From a virus (taxonomy: Duplodnaviria; Heunggongvirae; Uroviricota; Caudoviricetes), in the IMG/VR virus record IMGVR_UViG_644736359_000006: DNA of 31,135 nt; one strand, given 5' to 3'. The notes beneath the pieces were generated by a model. It had not been told where the DNA came from. It made no database searches and saw nothing but the letters and a program-made list of their open reading frames with translations. A program made the position numbers and the translations under genes. Shown here in pieces: positions 27,026-31,135 of this stretch (position 1 is its first letter; every line of letters starts with the position of its first letter).

Positions 27026-29497
27026 ATGAGTAAAGTCTTTATTTGCGCCGCTATTCCTGACGAACTGGCAACAAGGGAAGAAGGCGCTGTGGCTGTAGCC
27101 ACAGCCATTGAAGCTGGCGACGAACGCCGTGCTCGAGCAAAATTTCACTGGCAGTTCCTGGAACATTATCCGGCTGCTCAGGACTGCGCTTATAAATTTA
27201 TTGTCTGCGAGGATAAACCTGGCATACCCCGCCCTGCCCTCGATTCATGGGATGCTGAATATATGCAGGAAAACCGCTGGGATGAGGAGTCTGCTTCTTT
27301 TGTCCCGGTTGAGACTGAATCCGATCCGATGAACGTCACTTTTGACAAGCTGGCCCCTGAAGTACAGAACGCTGTCATGGTTAAGTTCGACACATGTGAA
27401 AACATCACCGTTGATATGGTTATTAGCGCACAGGAATTGTTGCAGGAAGACATGGCAACATTCGACGGACATATCGTTGAAGCGTTGATGAAAATGCCAG
27501 AAGTTAACGCCATGTATCCGGAGCTTAAGTTGCACGCCATTGGGTGGGTTAAGCATAAATGTATTCCTGGTGCTAAATGGCCCGAAATTCAGGCAGAGAT
27601 GCGCATCTGGAAAAAACGTCGCGAAGGTGAACGCAAGGAAACCGGAAAATACACGTCTGTTGTTGATCTCGCCCGCGCCAGAGCCAATCAACAGTACACT
27701 GAAAATTCAACAGGAAAAATCAGCCCGGTCATTGCTGCCATTCATCGCGAATACAAGCAGACATGGAAAACACTGGATGACGAACTGGCCTACGCTCTCT
27801 GGCCTGGTGATGTGGATGCCGGAAACATTGACGGCAGCATCCATCGCTGGGCAAAAAAAGAAGTTATCGACAACGACCGCGAAGACTGGAAGCGTATCTC
27901 GGCATCAATGCGCAAACAGCCTGATGCCCTTCGCTACGACCGCCAAACTATTTTTGGCCTTGTCCGTGAGCGTCCGATCGACATTCACAAAGATCCCGTA
28001 GCACTGAACAAATATATCTGCGAATACCTGACGACAAAGGGCGTGTTTGAGAATGAAGAAACAGACCTGGGCACTGTTGATGTTCTCCAGTCATCAGAAA
28101 CACAAACTGATGCAGTGGAAACTGAGGTATCTGATATCCCAAAAAATGAAACCGCGCCGGAAGCTGAACCATCTGTAGAGCGTGAGGGGCCGTTCTATTT
28201 CCTCTTCGCAGATAAGGACGGAGAAAAATACGGTCGCGCAAACAAACTTTCTGGTCTGGATAAGGCACTGGCTGCTGGCGCCACTGAAATCACAAAAGAA
28301 GAATATTTTGCCCGAAAAAATGGCACATACACGGGCTTACCGCAAAATGTAGATACCGCTGAAGATTCAGAACAACCAGAGCCGATAAAAGTTACCGCTG
28401 ACGAAGTAAACAAAATTATGCAGGCAGCCAATATCAGCCAGCCTGACGCCGATAAGTTGCTTGCTGCATCACATGGTGAATTTGTTGAAGGGATTAGTGA
28501 CCCGAATGATCCGAAATGGGTTAAGGGGATCCAGACCCGCGATTCTGTGAACCAGAACCAGCATGAATCGGAACGGAACTACCAAAAAGCGGAACAAAAC
28601 AGCCCAAATGCGTTACAAAACGAGCCAGAAACGAAACAGCCTGAACCAGTGGCGCAACAGGAAGTGGAAAAAGTCTGCACCGCCTGCGGTCAGACCGGCG
28701 GCGGCAACTGCCCTGATTGTGGCGCGGTGATGGGCGACGCAACATACCAAAAAACATTCGATGAAGAGTATCAGGTTGAAGTTCAGGAAGATGATCCGGA
28801 GGAAATGGAAGGCGCTGAACATCCACACAAGGAGAACACTGGCGGCAATCAGCATCACAATAGCGATAATGAAACTGGCGAGACGGCAGATCACTCAATT
28901 AAGGTGAACAGTCATCACGAAATCACATCCACCAGCAGGACGTGTGACCATCTAATGATCGACCTTGAAACCATGGGAAAAAATCCTGATGCACCGATCA
29001 TCTCAATAGGTGCAATATTTTTCGATCCGCAAACCGGAGATATAGGACCGGAATTTAGTAAGACTATCGATCTGGAAACTGCTGGCGGAGTCATTGATCG
29101 GGACACCATTAAATGGTGGCTTAAGCAATCACGCGAAGCACAATCTGCCATTATGACCGATGAAATCCCGCTAGATGATGCACTGTTACAATTGCGGGAA
29201 TTTATCGACGAAAACTCCGGTGAATTTTTTGTTCAGGTTTGGGGAAATGGAGCCAACTTCGACAACACGATTTTGCGCCGTTCATACGAACGGCAGGGGA
29301 TCCCCTGCCCGTGGCGTTACTACAACGATCGCGATGTACGCACAATCGTTGAGCTGGGGAAAGCCATAGATTTCGATGCCAGAACGGCTATTCCATTCGA
29401 AGGTGAGCGCCATAATGCACTTGATGACGCCCGTTACCAAGCAAAATACGTTTCAGTTATCTGGCAAAAACTGATCCCGAGTCAGGCTGATTCTTAA
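27026..29497 (+). CDS. ydfE: Full-length YdfE-type exonuclease: RecE-like N-terminal region, zinc ribbon, C-terminal DnaQ-like DEDDh 3'-5' exonuclease domain
   Basis: 823-aa ORF; ...ADKLLAASHGEFVEGISDPNDPKWVKGIQTRDSV... ; CTACGQ...CPDCG; C-terminal MIDLETMGKNPDAPIISIGAIFFD...HNALDDARYQAKY. Confidence 0.75.
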   Translation: MSKVFICAAIPDELATREEGAVAVATAIEAGDERRARAKFHWQFLEHYPAAQDCAYKFIVCEDKPGIPRPALDSWDAEYMQENRWDEESASFVPVETESDPMNVTFDKLAPEVQNAVMVKFDTCENITVDMVISAQELLQEDMATFDGHIVEALMKMPEVNAMYPELKLHAIGWVKHKCIPGAKWPEIQAEMRIWKKRREGERKETGKYTSVVDLARARANQQYTENSTGKISPVIAAIHREYKQTWKTLDDELAYALWPGDVDAGNIDGSIHRWAKKEVIDNDREDWKRISASMRKQPDALRYDRQTIFGLVRERPIDIHKDPVALNKYICEYLTTKGVFENEETDLGTVDVLQSSETQTDAVETEVSDIPKNETAPEAEPSVEREGPFYFLFADKDGEKYGRANKLSGLDKALAAGATEITKEEYFARKNGTYTGLPQNVDTAEDSEQPEPIKVTADEVNKIMQAANISQPDADKLLAASHGEFVEGISDPNDPKWVKGIQTRDSVNQNQHESERNYQKAEQNSPNALQNEPETKQPEPVAQQEVEKVCTACGQTGGGNCPDCGAVMGDATYQKTFDEEYQVEVQEDDPEEMEGAEHPHKENTGGNQHHNSDNETGETADHSIKVNSHHEITSTSRTCDHLMIDLETMGKNPDAPIISIGAIFFDPQTGDIGPEFSKTIDLETAGGVIDRDTIKWWLKQSREAQSAIMTDEIPLDDALLQLREFIDENSGEFFVQVWGNGANFDNTILRRSYERQGIPCPWRYYNDRDVRTIVELGKAIDFDARTAIPFEGERHNALDDARYQAKYVSVIWQKLIPSQADS

Positions 29498-29569
29498 TGT
29501 TCAACTGTCGCCGGTTGTGACTGGTATTCTGCAACCGGCGCTCGTCTGATGTAAGAGATAAAGAAATCG

Positions 29570-29821
29570 ATGAGCGAAGTAATCATGATTGTCTCTCCCG
29601 GCAAATGGGTATCCGAAGAGCAGTTAATTGCGCTGAAAGGAATAAAAAAAGGTACGTTAAAAAAGGCCCGGGAAAAATCGTTTATGGAAGGAAGGGAATA
29701 TAAGCATGTCGCTCATGACGGTATGCCATGGGATAACAGTCCATGCTTTTACAACCTGGAAGAAATTGATCGCTGGATTGAGCGCCAGGCATCAGCGAGA
29801 CCAAGACGTCATCTTACTTGA
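29570..29821 (+). CDS. xis: Excisionase-like protein
   Basis: 83-aa ORF immediately upstream of int; basic, small; family recognition moderate. Confidence 0.55.
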   Translation: MSEVIMIVSPGKWVSEEQLIALKGIKKGTLKKAREKSFMEGREYKHVAHDGMPWDNSPCFYNLEEIDRWIERQASARPRRHLT

Positions 29822-29840
29822 CTAAAAGCCACACTAACTA

Positions 29841-31135
29841 ATGAGAGAAGTTGAAATGAAATATCCGACAGGCGTGGAAAACCATGGAGGGAAATTACGT
29901 ATCTGGTTTGTTTATAAAGGCGTAAGAGTCAGGGAAAATCTGGGGGTTCCTGACACAGCAAAAAACAGGCGCGTTGCAGGTGAACTACGCGCCTCTGTTT
30001 GTTACGCAATAAAAACTGGTGTTTTCGACTATGCAAAACAGTTTCCCTCCTCACGCAATCTGGAAAAATTTGGTGAGGCCCGACAAGATTTAACCATAAA
30101 AGAACTGGCTGAAAAATTTCTGGCACTAAAAGAAACTGAAGTCGCCAAAACATCACTCAACACATACCGTGCCGTCATCAAAAATATCCTGAGCATAATC
30201 GGTGAAAAAAATCTTGCCTCATCGATTAATAAAGAAAAATTACTGGAGGTTCGTAAAGAGCTACTGACTGGATACCAGATCCCCAAAAGTAACTATATTG
30301 TTACACAACCAGGGAGATCGGCTGTAACTGTAAATAATTACATGACAAATCTTAACGCCGTGTTCCAGTTTGGTGTTGATAACGGTTACCTGGCAGATAA
30401 TCCGTTTAAGGGGATCTCGCCATTAAAGGAATCAAGAACCATTCCGGATCCTCTTTCGCGGGAGGAATTTATCCGTCTTATCGATGCGTGCAGAAATCAG
30501 CAAGCAAAAAATTTATGGTGTGTTTCTGTTTATACTGGCATTCGCCCTGGTGAGCTGTGTGCACTTGGATGGGAGGACATAGATCTGAAAAATGGAACAA
30601 TGATGATCAGGAGAAATTTAGCAAAAGACCGTTTCACGGTACCAAAAACACAGGCGGGAACCAATCGGGTCATTCATCTTATTAAGCCAGCAATCGACGC
30701 TCTCCGGAGTCAGATGACATTAACGAGACTGAGCAAAGAGCATATCATTGATGTTCACCTCAGAGAGTATGGCAGAACAGAAAAACAAAATGCACCTTTG
30801 TTTTTCAACCTGAAGTGTCAGCGAGAGTAAAAAATTATGGTGACCATTTTACCGTTGACTCAATAAGGCAGATGTGGGACGCAGCGATAAAACGTGCCGG
30901 ACTCCGCCATCGAAAATCATATCAGTCGAGACATACTTATGCCTGCTGGTCGCTGACAGCTGGTGCTAACCCGGCATTTATAGCAAACCAGATGGGCCAT
31001 GCAGATGCGCAAATGGTATTTCAGGTATACGGAAAATGGATGTCTGAAAACAATAATGCACAGGTAGCTTTGTTAAATACACAGTTAAGCGAGTTTGCCC
31101 CAACCATGCCCCATAACGAAGCAATGAAAAATTAA
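29841..31135 (+). pseudogene. intQ: Tyrosine integrase, lambda-type, split by a frameshift near 30812-30830
   Basis: ORF 29841-30830 (N-terminal/core-binding part ...TGIRPGELCALGWEDIDL...) continues in another frame from 30815 (...HTYACWSLTAGANPAFIANQMGH..YGKWM..) containing the catalytic R/H/Y region. Confidence 0.75.

Noticed and set aside
27108-28898. Multiple internal and antisense ORFs (74-153 aa) inside the 823-aa exonuclease gene
   Set aside because: Entirely nested in a long, well-supported ORF; no RBS evidence; typical shadow ORFs

Overview
The window is almost entirely a Qin-like cryptic lambdoid prophage of Escherichia coli type, inserted into the MFS transporter gene ydfJ (1..1284) and ending in a frameshifted integrase at the right edge. 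All calls are motif-level recognition by eye from the sequence and ORF track; no database search or alignment was run, so family names are hypotheses of varying strength. Modules from right to left: int'/xis; a full-length ydfE-type exonuclease; the dicA-ydfA-dicF-dicB-ydfD division-inhibition operon with divergent dicC; an O-like replication initiator with embedded iterons; a nin-like region with a QueH-like gene and a hok toxin; antiterminator Q; a cargo slot (blc-like lipocalin, IS3-disrupted DUF523/DUF1722 gene, AraC-family regulator); a pinholin / SAR-endolysin / spanin lysis cassette with an extra gene pair; a cold-shock cluster (cspI, gnsB); a second IS3 that replaces the head/tail genes and truncates J; then lom, a repeat-containing side tail fibre, Pin invertase and ydfK. 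No tRNA, rRNA or CRISPR array was seen. The best candidates for undescribed biology are the QueH-like locus, the Q-to-holin cargo slot, the gene pair inside the lysis cassette and the unusual tail-fibre module.
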